Below are positions 42,884 through 53,207 of a stretch of 64,000 bases of DNA, piece by piece; within the stretch, counting starts at the first letter, position 1; each line of letters begins with the position of its first letter. Below the pieces are notes generated by a model, which worked only from the letters and a program-made list of their open reading frames with translations, was not told where the DNA came from and ran no database searches. Both the position numbers and the translations under genes were made by a program. Source of the stretch: an uncultured Nitrososphaerota archaeon (lineage in GTDB: Archaea; Thermoproteota; Nitrososphaeria; Nitrososphaerales; CADDZS01); the NCBI GenBank assembly GCA_963799845.1, contig CAWCYI010000004.1:1696001-1760000 (forward strand), written 5' to 3'.

Positions 42884-43972
42884 TAGGAGTTACGCGGTTG
42901 ACCCAAGAAGATAGATTGGGTGTGCAATGTAGCTCCTTATCGCATCTCTGACGATTCTCGCCTTCGCTTCGTACCAGCTTATCCCGGTCATCAATCTGCA
43001 CAATTCTAGACGTATGAACGCCCTTATTGACATGTGGATGTGATTCAGAATGGATGTCGCCTTCCTGACCTGAGCCCTCTCAATGCCACAACACTGCTTG
43101 ACTCCTCTGTGGTACTCCTCGATTCCCCATCCTTGGTCAGAGAGTTCATCTCTCTTTTCCTCATTCATCCCAACGTCATCGGTAGCCCAGTGTTCAATGT
43201 CTCCTTTCTTGGAGGCTGTCCTGAACACCCTGACCATTCCGAATCCCATGAGATGAACCGTGGTTCCCTCAGGCGGGATCTCCACGTCCTTGATTGGTTT
43301 GTTTCCTTTTTTTCTGCCCGTTGGATTGACGAGCCTGTTCTCCTTGAGGCGGCAGAAGAAATGCCACCCGAGCTCCCTTGCGATGAGCTTCAGATTTTCC
43401 ATGCTCGAGTACCAGCTGTCAAAGAGGACGTATTTTGGTTCCATCCCTCTCTGCTTTGCAACCAACAACATGTCCTGGAAGTGATCGTTCTTGGTGAGAC
43501 CGTCTTTTGACGCATTGTAGAGTCTAAAGTCACATGGAATGAGGGCGTTACCATCGCTCCATAGTGTTGTGATGAGATTTATCCCCTTCACCACACTGTG
43601 GTGTTTTCCGCTCCAGTGGTACGTGACGTAATCCATCTTCTCCGCGTACGGTTTGTCCAGAGTTGAATCATCGACTATCAGTACTCCTCCCGCAGTAACG
43701 GCGATGATCCTCTTCGCCTCATCCCAGAGCGCTTCTGTATCCGCAGGCAGTCTCTCCAGAAGGCGGGTGAAGCTATCGTGTGCTGGCGGCGTGACTCCTG
43801 CATCATCATCAGGCTGACATCTAGCAGCTTCGGTGCAAGCGAATGATTTCTGGGATGCTATCAGGAAGTCTATGTAGTCATTGTCATCGCATTTTGGAGG
43901 GTTCATGCAGCGTCTGATGAACCAGAGAAACAATCCTGGCCAAATTCTTTTCGGCCAAATGCGTAACTCCTA
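42884..43972 (-). mobile_element. IS701-like insertion sequence, 1089 bp
   Basis: Perfect 12-bp TIR TAGGAGTTACGC/GCGTAACTCCTA; 5-bp TSD ATTTC at 42879-42883 and 43973-43977. Confidence 0.93.
42890..43906 (-). CDS. IS701-family DDE transposase
   Basis: HDSFTRLL, IVDDS, FDSWY, WGIEEYHR.VKQ. Confidence 0.92.
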   Translation of the reverse strand: MNPPKCDDNDYIDFLIASQKSFACTEAARCQPDDDAGVTPPAHDSFTRLLERLPADTEALWDEAKRIIAVTAGGVLIVDDSTLDKPYAEKMDYVTYHWSGKHHSVVKGINLITTLWSDGNALIPCDFRLYNASKDGLTKNDHFQDMLLVAKQRGMEPKYVLFDSWYSSMENLKLIARELGWHFFCRLKENRLVNPTGRKKGNKPIKDVEIPPEGTTVHLMGFGMVRVFRTASKKGDIEHWATDDVGMNEEKRDELSDQGWGIEEYHRGVKQCCGIERAQVRKATSILNHIHMSIRAFIRLELCRLMTGISWYEAKARIVRDAIRSYIAHPIYLLGSTA

Positions 43973-44335
43973 ATTTCAATAGTTTTGTTCCTTCCAATGA
44001 AATCTTCAATGCTTGAATAAGGACTTTTGAGTTCAATCTTGCATATTCCAGCGAGCTCTTGATGATCCTGCCTAATGAAATGTAGAATTTCCAACGATTT
44101 CACTTTCATGAGGGGTACTGGCACTGGGAGCATTTGTAGATCCTTGTTCTGAAACTCCAATACTAGCCGATGCATAGAGGATTATCCCATTTCCTCAGCT
44201 TATATTTCTTTGATAGAAAGCCGCGTATATATGGTAGAAAGCTTATCCACGTTTATCTCAGGATCTTTCGAGTAAGTTCGATGGAAAGTCGTTATTTGAA
44301 TTGATTACGGGAAGAGGCAAGTTGAAGATTAATAG

Positions 44336-46900
44336 ATGAAAGCAGATCGTTCGCGGTTTGATTACCTGAACGCCTTTATTAAAAAAAGGCACAGGGTGAT
44401 AGTCGTAGCCTGGATTCTCGCACTTGCTCTATCAGCTCCGCTCACTTTGGACTTTTTCTCATCAATTTCATTCAATGTCGTAAACGGGGGTCCTAGCCTT
44501 AGCGTTCCGAACTCGGAATCGGAGAAGGCTCAGGCTGTACTTAGCGCTCAATTCCCGTCGACCAACACGAGTACCGGTCCAATAATCGTCGTTTTCCAGA
44601 ACCAAAACGTCTACTCAGATGAAGTCAAGGATGATGTTCTTTCGCTAAACCAGACGCTCGGCTCAGATCCGAAGTTAATCAACTTCACTGGAATATTGAG
44701 CCCCTACTCGGAAGAAGGAAGTTTGCTCGATTCGACGATCCCCATCTACATCACACAGATCGCACAAATCGCGGGGCAGCTGCCTAGCTCTGCAAATACG
44801 ACGGCGACATGGGATGCCGCCACGAGAGTCTTCGTCAATACAACTTCAAGTTTGTTCGCATCTTCCCCGCTGTTCACGATAAACGCTTCCTCGCTCTACA
44901 GTCTTCTCTCCCAACTAAATGTCAACAGCACCCCGACTCAGGTTCGAACATCTGTCGCAAATCTTCTCTCGACAGATGGACTTGCTGATTATCCTTACCA
45001 ACTCTCCGCGTCCATCCTGAAAAACTTCGTGAGTCCCGACAACAAAACCATGATCTTTCAGATTGGCTTTTCATCGACACCCAACGCCAGCGTTGTTATA
45101 CAGACTCGAACCGCGGTGCACAGTTCGAGCCTCGCGAGTATTGGAACCATCTACGTGACAGGTAGCCCGGTTTTAGCGGTGGATTTTGCCAACACCGCTC
45201 AGCCAGCTCTAGACGACAGCATTCTACCGGGCCTTATTATTTCACTTCTTGTTGCCGGTCTCTTGTTCCTCTCTCCTGTAGCGGCGCTTGTTCCACTCCT
45301 GATAGCTGGTTTTGCTGTTGGAATATCGCTCGGTTCGGTCTATGGCTTGGTGGTGGTCGTCCAGCATGGCCAGATCAATTTTGCTGTCCCGTTTCTCATG
45401 ATTCTGACGATGCTCGGTCTGGCTGTGGACTATTCGGTACTGCAACTCAGAAGAACGAAGGAAGAACGAGCGAAGGGCAAGACTCTCCAAGAGAGTGTAG
45501 CTATATCCGTAAGGTGGGCGGGGCAGGCGATTCTGACGGCGGGATTGACGGTGGTAGTAGCCTACATCGTACTATCAGTTACCAACGTACCATTCTTTGG
45601 TGATGTTGGGACAGCGATTGCGATAGGTGTTACGATTTTGCTTGCGGCGTCGATTACGCTCCTGCCCTCACTTGAATTGATGATGGGTGACAGGCTCTTC
45701 TGGCCCAAGCGCGGAATGAGGACTCTGCGAAATTCTTCGAGTAAGGGACGATTAGAGAGGATTACTGAAAAGACTATGCAACGAAGGGTCGCAATCTCTG
45801 TAATATTCACCCTATTGGCTGTTGGCTCTTTCTACCTGGCTTACCAGACTCCATCTGGAATCGACATAACGAAACTCATTCCAAACTTCGAGAGTAACCA
45901 GGGCTTAACAGCGATCACAAACAACCTCGGCGGATCCGTTGTTTCGCCCACTTTAGTTGTAGTAACGTTCCAAACTCCCATCGATTATGGTCAGAATCAA
46001 TTCAACCAGACCCTGCTCAAACAGATTGATGCGATTTCATCGACCATTTCCAGCTCTCAGGGAGTCAGCAGTGTCAGCGGCCCGAGTAGACCCTACGGCG
46101 CTACATTCAACTTTTCAGCACTAGGAGTCTTGCCGCCACCGGTCAGATCACAATATCTGATCGGCATGCTCTCGCAGATTGGAAAGGACAATAGGACTGC
46201 CCTGATCACCGTCGGTCTCTCTGAATCTGCAGAGAGCTCAAAAGCCGTATCCGATTTAATGAGCATCGAGACAGCCGTAGATAAGATTCCACTTCCAGCA
46301 GGCACTACGCTCTACTTCGGTGGGTCTACCCAATCAACGGTTGACAGTCTGAACCTCATAAACGGAGTTCTCCCTCTAGTTGTCCTGATTCTTGCACTGG
46401 GGGTCTATGCTATTCTCTTTGTCCAACTTCGTTCCGTCTTTACGCCTCTTCGCTTGATCTTTACCATTCTTTGCAGCGTAGCATTCGCTCTCGCTCTTCT
46501 CTCTATCGCGTTCTACTACCTGCTTCAGACTCCGGTGGTAAGCCTCGCCCCTCTATTTGTGATCGTTACCATGCTCGGCGTGGGAATAGATTACGACATA
46601 TTCCTAGTGACTAGGATAAGGGAAGAAGCTTTGAGTGGGAAATCAGACCATGACGCCATCAGAACGGCAGTAAACAAGATTTGGGTTACCTTATTCGGCT
46701 TGGGCTTGATATTGTCGAGCGTCTTCGCGTCTCTTGTAGCCAGCGGAATAGGATTGCTACAAGAAATTGGCGTTAGCGTCGCTTCTGCTATCATGGTCGA
46801 TGTCGGTTTGGTCATCTTGTTCTTCGTCGTTTCCCTAATGGCAATCGCGCAGAAGTACAACTGGTGGCCGTCAAGAATTGCAGGAAGAAATCAGGAATAG
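44336..46900 (+). CDS. MMPL/RND family transporter
   Basis: Two repeats with GLAVDY and GVGIDYDIFLVTRIREE. Confidence 0.92.
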   Translation: MKADRSRFDYLNAFIKKRHRVIVVAWILALALSAPLTLDFFSSISFNVVNGGPSLSVPNSESEKAQAVLSAQFPSTNTSTGPIIVVFQNQNVYSDEVKDDVLSLNQTLGSDPKLINFTGILSPYSEEGSLLDSTIPIYITQIAQIAGQLPSSANTTATWDAATRVFVNTTSSLFASSPLFTINASSLYSLLSQLNVNSTPTQVRTSVANLLSTDGLADYPYQLSASILKNFVSPDNKTMIFQIGFSSTPNASVVIQTRTAVHSSSLASIGTIYVTGSPVLAVDFANTAQPALDDSILPGLIISLLVAGLLFLSPVAALVPLLIAGFAVGISLGSVYGLVVVVQHGQINFAVPFLMILTMLGLAVDYSVLQLRRTKEERAKGKTLQESVAISVRWAGQAILTAGLTVVVAYIVLSVTNVPFFGDVGTAIAIGVTILLAASITLLPSLELMMGDRLFWPKRGMRTLRNSSSKGRLERITEKTMQRRVAISVIFTLLAVGSFYLAYQTPSGIDITKLIPNFESNQGLTAITNNLGGSVVSPTLVVVTFQTPIDYGQNQFNQTLLKQIDAISSTISSSQGVSSVSGPSRPYGATFNFSALGVLPPPVRSQYLIGMLSQIGKDNRTALITVGLSESAESSKAVSDLMSIETAVDKIPLPAGTTLYFGGSTQSTVDSLNLINGVLPLVVLILALGVYAILFVQLRSVFTPLRLIFTILCSVAFALALLSIAFYYLLQTPVVSLAPLFVIVTMLGVGIDYDIFLVTRIREEALSGKSDHDAIRTAVNKIWVTLFGLGLILSSVFASLVASGIGLLQEIGVSVASAIMVDVGLVILFFVVSLMAIAQKYNWWPSRIAGRNQE

Positions 46901-47198
46901 TAATTGTTGTGGCGTTCCGGTCTGTGGGAATTGGAATTTAAGTTCATATCCGCCAGGAGGCGAGAATCCGATAACGCAGTAGGGACACATTGCGTTCTAT
47001 AACTTCCTTTGCAACTTGGGGAAGAGTTTGGAAATTTGAGAAATCAGATTATCTTGACTTTCTCCAAAATTCACATTGATTTCGTGTCAACTGCTAGTCG
47101 AAGACTGATTCGCACTCGAACTCGAGATTTTACCGGTTAGCACTCGGGGAACACTTACCGCTCTTCCAAGATTCAGAGACGATTTACAAGCTAAGTTG

Positions 47199-47265
47199 TA
47201 CTAGCAAATCCCGAGTGCGAGATGTGGGATTCGCGCACGAACCCTCTCTTCTCGAGGTACCTGGC
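47199..47265 (-). pseudogene. Degenerate tRNA(Leu-like) remnant; direct-repeat copy A
   Basis: Minus strand AGCCAGGT...GGGTTCGTG-CGCG-AATCCCACATCTCGCA with scrambled T-loop; 47199-47231 is 31/33 identical to 53139-53171. Confidence 0.65.
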
Positions 47266-47502
47266 TTTCTTGGTGATTGCGAGTCTCTGTCCTTCTCATT
47301 CAAATTTAGTCTCTTCATGACCCAACACTAGAGGGTCAAATCGCAGTAATAACGAACAAGTTGCGTTTAGGTGTAGCGTAACATATCCTCTTTCTTCAAT
47401 TCTCTTTGCTTTAGACTTTGGAAGGGAGAACGGTATCCACAATGTACTTGGACGACATGATAAAGTCAGGCCTAGGAAGTAATCTCGTCCTTACTAGCAA
47501 GT

Positions 47503-47518
47503 CTATCGCATTCGATAG
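47503..47518. promoter_or_regulatory. Inverted repeat CTATCG-CATT-CGATAG next to the TATA of padR
   Basis: Seen directly upstream of GATATATAG and the ATG at 47563. Confidence 0.4.
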
Positions 47519-47562
47519 TATTCAAGATATTGATATATAGTCTATTCACGTAATTTCTGATC

Positions 47563-48207
47563 ATGGAAAAAGGAAAACGGTTGTCACCCAGCCGAGAGAG
47601 CATGGGACTCTTTGAGAACAGGAGCCCGTATCCTCACGGTGCTCCGAGGGGACTGCTACACTTCTATGCCCTTCTGAGCATAGCTCGCAAGCCAATGCGC
47701 GGTTACGACCTCATGAAAGAAATTGAGATCAAAACTGAGGGAGCTTGGCGCCCTGGACCAGGTGCAGTATATCCTGTGCTCCGGAAACTCGCGAATCAGG
47801 GTAACATTACTGCGAAGAAAAAGGTGGAAGGCGGCCCACACCATGTTCTCTACGAGATAACACCTGGAGGACTCGAGAACATTGCCAACGCCAAGAAGAT
47901 GATGAAATCATCCACGGAACGCTGGAGCCTTATGAGACAGCTATTCATCGATCTGATGGAACCAGAAGACCTAGTAAGATTCGTCCTCAACTCCTTGGAA
48001 CTCCAAATCGAGCTTGTCCACACGCTGGTCGAATCCGATAGAAGCGGCCTGAGCGACCAGGACAAGCTGTTCATCCTTCGCCAGTACAGGCTCAATCTGG
48101 AGAGGGAGCTGACTCGGGCAGTGGCTTCGATAAAAGAGATAGACGGTCGAACTCCCTCGGAGAACCCCGTCGCCGGGGGAGCAGCTTTGGAGGAGAGAAA
48201 GGTTTGA
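47563..48207 (+). CDS. PadR family transcriptional regulator
   Basis: PMRGYDLMKEI...WRPGPGAVYPVL...YEITPGG. Confidence 0.9.
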   Translation: MEKGKRLSPSRESMGLFENRSPYPHGAPRGLLHFYALLSIARKPMRGYDLMKEIEIKTEGAWRPGPGAVYPVLRKLANQGNITAKKKVEGGPHHVLYEITPGGLENIANAKKMMKSSTERWSLMRQLFIDLMEPEDLVRFVLNSLELQIELVHTLVESDRSGLSDQDKLFILRQYRLNLERELTRAVASIKEIDGRTPSENPVAGGAALEERKV

Positions 48208-49259
48208 GCGAAACGACACTCCTCTCAGCCGACCTCATCGTCGGAGGCGACTCGATGATCAGGGTTGAGAACCTGACCAAGAAATTCGGCAACTTCGTGG
48301 CCCTCGACGATATTTCGTTTGATGTCAAGAAGGGTGAGATATTCGGTCTACTTGGTCCCAACGGTGCTGGCAAGAGCACAACCTTGCGAATACTTTCCAC
48401 CTTGGCGAGGCCCACCGAAGGGACAGCCACGATTGGCGGCCATGACATCGTGAAGGATGACACAGAAGTTCGCAAGCTGATTGGTATCGTTTCTGAGAAG
48501 ATGATAATGTACGATCGCCTAACAGCAAGAGAAAACCTCTGGTTCTTCGGCAGTCTCTTTGATATTCCAAGCAATGTGCTGACCCAGAGAATTGACGAAC
48601 TGCTGAACCTAGTCCAGCTGACCAAGTGGAAGAATAGTTTGGTGGGGACGTTCTCGACTGGGATGCGGCAAAGGATGAACGTGGTACGGGCCCTGCTGAA
48701 CATGCCCCAAGTGCTGTTCTTGGATGAACCAACTCTAGGTCTGGATCCCCAATCTTCCGTCGAGATCCGGGAATTCGTGAAGAAACTCAACAGAGAGAAC
48801 GGCACGACGATAATCATAACGACGCACACAATGGTCGATGCTGACATGCTGTGCGATCGCATTGCTATCATTGATCACGGGAAGGTAGTTGCCCTAGACA
48901 CCTCGACTAACCTGAAGAAACTGATTTCCGGAGGGGGCGGCACAATTCTGAAACTGGACATTGCCAATCTTACGGCCAACCTCCTCGAGACGATCCGAAC
49001 GCTAGGTTGCGTTAAGTCCGTTACTCAGGAGAATTCCACACAAATCAGAGTGATCGCAAGCGGCAACGACGCATTCGACAATGTAATCGACGCGGTGAGA
49101 AGGAAGGGCGGGAAGATAACATCGATAGAAAACCTGCAGCCATCGCTCGAAGACGTATTCCTGCACTTAACGGGCCACGAAGTCAGAGACAGCGCGGATC
49201 AGAAGATTCCACTAGAAACGCATAGGGGATTTGGGGCCCCACAACGGAGGGTAAGGTGA
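48204..49259 (+). CDS. ABC exporter ATP-binding protein
   Basis: GPNGAGKS, FSTGM, LFLDEPT. Confidence 0.93.
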   Translation: MSETTLLSADLIVGGDSMIRVENLTKKFGNFVALDDISFDVKKGEIFGLLGPNGAGKSTTLRILSTLARPTEGTATIGGHDIVKDDTEVRKLIGIVSEKMIMYDRLTARENLWFFGSLFDIPSNVLTQRIDELLNLVQLTKWKNSLVGTFSTGMRQRMNVVRALLNMPQVLFLDEPTLGLDPQSSVEIREFVKKLNRENGTTIIITTHTMVDADMLCDRIAIIDHGKVVALDTSTNLKKLISGGGGTILKLDIANLTANLLETIRTLGCVKSVTQENSTQIRVIASGNDAFDNVIDAVRRKGGKITSIENLQPSLEDVFLHLTGHEVRDSADQKIPLETHRGFGAPQRRVR

Positions 49260-49265
49260 AACTGG

Positions 49266-50465
49266 ATGGGGGCTAGGACTCTGCTGTCGCACAGTTTCAG
49301 AATCGCTTGGAAGGACCTAGTCGAGCTTGAGAGGAACAAATTCGGTCTGGTCCTGCTCATCGTGATGCCCCTGTTCATGCTGGCATTGGTCGGTTTCATC
49401 TACCCGACAAGTAGCAGTTCGGCCAGCAACCTGCCTGTCGCGATTGTCAACTTGGACGGAGGGTACCACAACTCAACAATCGCAAGCCAGACATTCATTT
49501 CAGTCTTAGATCAGATTAACAGCAAGACCGAGATGATGAAACTCTCCGCATTGCCGAGCGTCTCGGACGTCAAGAGCTCGATTCAAAGCGGCAACCTCGA
49601 AGGCGCGATAGTCATCCCGAGCAATTTCTCGACGAGCCTCCTTAGTGGAAGACAGGGTACGTTGATAATCATGACTGACGAGTCCAACCCTCAAGTATCG
49701 ACAACCATCCAGACGCTGTTGTCCGGGGTTTTCAGCGAGATGGGCATTGCGTTAGCCCAGCAGAATGTTCAGGCTCTCAGTCCAACGGTCAATGCGAGCG
49801 ATTCCCTTGCAATAGTGCAGCCATACAGGGTTCAAACACAGGGCGTCGTTCCCGGCGCCTCCAACTACTTTGACTTCATTGCTCCTGGCATAATGGCCAT
49901 GGTTGTCATGATGAGCGTCATGACGGGGCTACCCGCAGCGATCTCTCTGGAGAAAGAAATCGGCACCATGGACGGGATGATGGTGGCTCCCATTAACAGG
50001 TTGTCAATCATCCTCGGCAAGGCCCTAAGCCAGACGGCGAGAGGCATGATCCAAGGCCTCATAATACTGGTTCTGGCTGTCTTGTTGTTTGGTGTAACGA
50101 TACAAGGGAACATCCTTCTTGTCTTCGGTTTACTTCTGCTTGGCGTGTTCAGCTTTGTCGGCCTGGGCATAGTGATGACCTCGTTCGCGAAGGACCAGCA
50201 GACGGCAACGATGCTGATGACCACCCTGATGTTCCCCATGATGTTCCTGAGTGGAGTATTCTTCCCGATACAGCAGATGCCTTGGTACATGCAGGATATA
50301 TCAAAAGTGCTCCCGCTCACTTATGCATCGAGTGCCCTAAGGAAGGTCATGGTTCTGGGCGCAGGGATACCCGCCATAACCACGGAGCTGACAATCCTGA
50401 TAGGGTTCGGAGTCGTAATGACCGCAATAGCCGTCCCCGTGTTCAGGCGACAGATGACTAGGTAG
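49266..50465 (+). CDS. ABC-2 type permease
   Basis: YFDFIAPGI, EKEIGT, FLSGVFFPI, PLTY. Confidence 0.92.
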   Translation: MGARTLLSHSFRIAWKDLVELERNKFGLVLLIVMPLFMLALVGFIYPTSSSSASNLPVAIVNLDGGYHNSTIASQTFISVLDQINSKTEMMKLSALPSVSDVKSSIQSGNLEGAIVIPSNFSTSLLSGRQGTLIIMTDESNPQVSTTIQTLLSGVFSEMGIALAQQNVQALSPTVNASDSLAIVQPYRVQTQGVVPGASNYFDFIAPGIMAMVVMMSVMTGLPAAISLEKEIGTMDGMMVAPINRLSIILGKALSQTARGMIQGLIILVLAVLLFGVTIQGNILLVFGLLLLGVFSFVGLGIVMTSFAKDQQTATMLMTTLMFPMMFLSGVFFPIQQMPWYMQDISKVLPLTYASSALRKVMVLGAGIPAITTELTILIGFGVVMTAIAVPVFRRQMTR

Positions 50466-50907
50466 CGGGCATATTCTTTTTCATCTTAGAGGCGGTTGAA
50501 CGGAGCATTCATCATAAAATAATACGGAAGAATCCTCTTAGATCTTATCGGATGAGAAGTTCGTCCGTACAAAACTGCAACGGTACCTACTTTTATTCTC
50601 TTTGGATTTTTCGCATGAAATCAAAACCAAGGTCAATGATTGAGTACAGAATCGTAATCTAGTAGAAGATAGCCTACTCCACTTTGTAGGCAAGTAGTTT
50701 AGCCGAAAGCATCCTGGGCGCGATAACAGATGATGCTACGAATCAATTTTCTCGCACAACTCTGACATCCATATAGCCGGATTCCTAAACTGATTCTCAG
50801 GTACTGATAATCGTCCTCCCAACCTAAATAGTCCGATGTATAACGCACAACGCTACGGTTCTGAGAACAAATGTGAAAGATTCAGCCGTGGGACAAGGCA
50901 GAACGGG

Positions 50908-51339
50908 ATGATGCGACTTTCCAGACCTCTGAGGTTGAAGAATGTCATTGTCGCTTTGGAAAATGACCACGAGGAGATCAGACGTCAGCTACTGATTTTG
51001 CGTATGCAGATCTTGAGAAGTGATTACGAAGGGACTGAGAAAAGGGCAATGGACCTTGAAGGATTCCTGAGGCAGCACTGCATTGATGAGGAATCTAGAG
51101 TGCTGAAAGCCTTGACCGAAGTTTGCGGAAGTAGAGAAGCAGCCGAAGCCGCAGTTGTGTTCCAACAACATCAAGAGACATCTGTCTTACTTGGGAAAAT
51201 GCAACACTCGTCGCAATCTTCTCCAGAGAAGTATTTGTCAGATTTTCTGAGATTAGAGAAAATCCTCACGGATCACATGAAAGAAGAGGAAGAACACATC
51301 TTTCCCCCTCTGATGGATACGATAGAACTTTTGACATGA
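50908..51339 (+). CDS. Hemerythrin-like domain protein
   Basis: DH, HCIDEE, QH, HMKEEE..IFP. Confidence 0.85.
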   Translation: MMRLSRPLRLKNVIVALENDHEEIRRQLLILRMQILRSDYEGTEKRAMDLEGFLRQHCIDEESRVLKALTEVCGSREAAEAAVVFQQHQETSVLLGKMQHSSQSSPEKYLSDFLRLEKILTDHMKEEEEHIFPPLMDTIELLT

Positions 51340-51550
51340 GAGTCTGAGATTTTAGGTAAATCTGCATGGTGCAAAAGTTTTGAAAGAAGATCTCACTAAG
51401 TCATGTTCATTCAATCAAACTAATTTGCCTTCGGTTGAATAACGGCAAGCAATGCTTGCAATCCCGTTCTCCAAGCGATCGAACTTGATACCGTTGAAGA
51501 CACCTAGTTCGCCCGGAATGAGGAGAGGGGGCCTCCCACTATTAGGAAGG

Positions 51551-52807
51551 TCATTCTTCGCGCGGCAAGAACTTGATTATCATGATTAATGCACAAAATG
51601 CACCTATTGCGCTTGCTACTGGTGGAGCACCAAATCCAAACTCCTGAAAAAGAATCCCTCCGATGATCGGCGCGGGAAAAGCGATTATTCCCCTGAAAGC
51701 CGCGAGCTTTCCCGCGACCTCCGCCCTACGATCATTCGGGGCAACGGTCATCAGCATGGACTGTGCTGCAGGCTGCCAAGCGACACTGGTGAAGGCCCAG
51801 ATCGCAGCGAAGGCCACAAATGCCGGAAGAGTGCGAGCAAAGAATAAGCTCAACATCTGCACGACGCTGAGAGATTCTGATAGCGCAATCGATTTCTTTG
51901 CCCCTATCCTTAGCATCAGTCTCGTGGCGGGAACCTGACCAAGTACGAGGACGACGAAATAGACACCGGAGATGAGCCCGAGCTCAGCATCTGAGTAGTG
52001 ATATTGCGTGGCGATCATGCCGAAGATTATGTACCCCGTGATGCTAAAGGCGAAAAGATCAACTGCAAAAGTAGCAAAGTATCCCCGAAGGCCGCTTGGA
52101 GGGGCGAGCATACCAGTTAGGCGTTTGACGATTCCTCGTATCACATCTTCCCTACGCATCCCATGGCTCGGGACTTCGAACGATCGATTCATTTCTTTGA
52201 GTCTTGCACTGTAGAGAACAAAGTTCACAGCCTCTAGAGATACGGCACTTGCAAAGATCACATAGTAACCGAGACTATCCGCTATGACTCCTCCGAAGAA
52301 GGATGTGAAGGCCGCGGGAATGTTGGAGAACAGGAACACAATACTGTAGGCGATCTTCATCCTTCCGTAATCCAACCCCACGGACTCGGCGATCAACACT
52401 TGGGAAGCTGGTAGACTCAGGAGAGAACTGCCATAGAGCAGATAAGCTGGAACCAGTATGAGAGAAATATGGGTGACAGCTGCGAGCAGAAAAAAAGACA
52501 TCGCGATTATTGCTATGGCACTGCCGGCCCGGACGACGACTTTCCTCCCGAAGAGCTCAGAGAGATATCCTCCGACTGGCTGAACGATCGAGCCGGCGAG
52601 ACCACCAGTCCTGTTCCCGAGTGATTGCAGAATTCCGAGCGTCGCTAAGCTCAGACCCACGCTTAGAGTGAAGGGCTGGAGAATCGTGTTTAGCATTCCG
52701 GTATAGCTGCCCGTTAAGAGACCGCTAATGGACATCACCGCAATGTTGCCCTGAAGCGTCGAAGCAACGATCGAAGGTACAATCCGACTAAAATTTCTTC
52801 CGGGCAT
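51551..52807 (-). CDS. MFS transporter
   Basis: GGYLSELFGRK; 12-TM pattern. Confidence 0.88.
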   Translation of the reverse strand: MPGRNFSRIVPSIVASTLQGNIAVMSISGLLTGSYTGMLNTILQPFTLSVGLSLATLGILQSLGNRTGGLAGSIVQPVGGYLSELFGRKVVVRAGSAIAIIAMSFFLLAAVTHISLILVPAYLLYGSSLLSLPASQVLIAESVGLDYGRMKIAYSIVFLFSNIPAAFTSFFGGVIADSLGYYVIFASAVSLEAVNFVLYSARLKEMNRSFEVPSHGMRREDVIRGIVKRLTGMLAPPSGLRGYFATFAVDLFAFSITGYIIFGMIATQYHYSDAELGLISGVYFVVLVLGQVPATRLMLRIGAKKSIALSESLSVVQMLSLFFARTLPAFVAFAAIWAFTSVAWQPAAQSMLMTVAPNDRRAEVAGKLAAFRGIIAFPAPIIGGILFQEFGFGAPPVASAIGAFCALIMIIKFLPREE

Positions 52808-52885
52808 TGTCGCGCGACTATGCGAGTTTTCTCTAGATACTTAACACTAGTTTCAAGATGCTGAGGCTTGTCCAAAATCTAGGCA

Positions 52886-53074
52886 CTAGTGAAATTGGAG
52901 CAGCTTTGAGGAGCTTGTAGATTCTGGTATGGATTCCGTTGGAACGATTCCAAGACCGGGTCCTTCTACTTGAATTGCTTCTTTGTCCAATTTCCCATTG
53001 AAGTCGAAATATTCCTCAGGTGGCTCATTCGTAGGACCATCCAGTATGGCACCGGCGTCGATACACGAAGCCAC
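52886..53074 (-). pseudogene. Possible C-terminal remnant of an enolase/mandelate racemase-family gene
   Basis: ...IQVEGPGLGI motif; lies just inside the repeat at 53139. Confidence 0.35.
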
Positions 53075-53137
53075 ATGCGCGCTACTGGACTAACTATCTT
53101 AGCGATACGCCAACTTGTTTCACAACATTCATGAAAC

Positions 53138-53192
53138 TTACTAGTAAACCCCGAGTGCGAGATGTGGGATTTGAACCCCGATTTACTAGTAA
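53138..53192 (-). repeat. tRNA 3'-end fragment (att-like), copy B, enclosed by 11-bp inverted repeats
   Basis: Minus strand GGGTTCAAATCCCACATCTCGCA (53156-53178); TTACTAGTAAA at 53138-53148 and TTTACTAGTAA at 53182-53192. Confidence 0.75.
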
Positions 53193-53207
53193 CTTCAGCA
53201 GTTGGAT

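Larger units (their letters stand above)
42431..44175 (-). pseudogene. Bat/HTH_10-type transcriptional regulator interrupted by an IS
   Basis: LTEKQRKIL..AY..GYYDLPR...HLRKAE; removing the IS and one TSD gives an in-frame 651-nt gene (...NKTIEMQVLERE...). Confidence 0.9.

Noticed and set aside
48092-48871. Long antisense or alternate-frame ORFs (also 26300..26986, 39671..40435, 58614..59099)
   Set aside because: Shadows of well-supported genes with no motifs of their own.
47199-53180. Intact tRNA genes
   Set aside because: Neither copy can form a cloverleaf; there is no anticodon arm or matching 5' acceptor strand.
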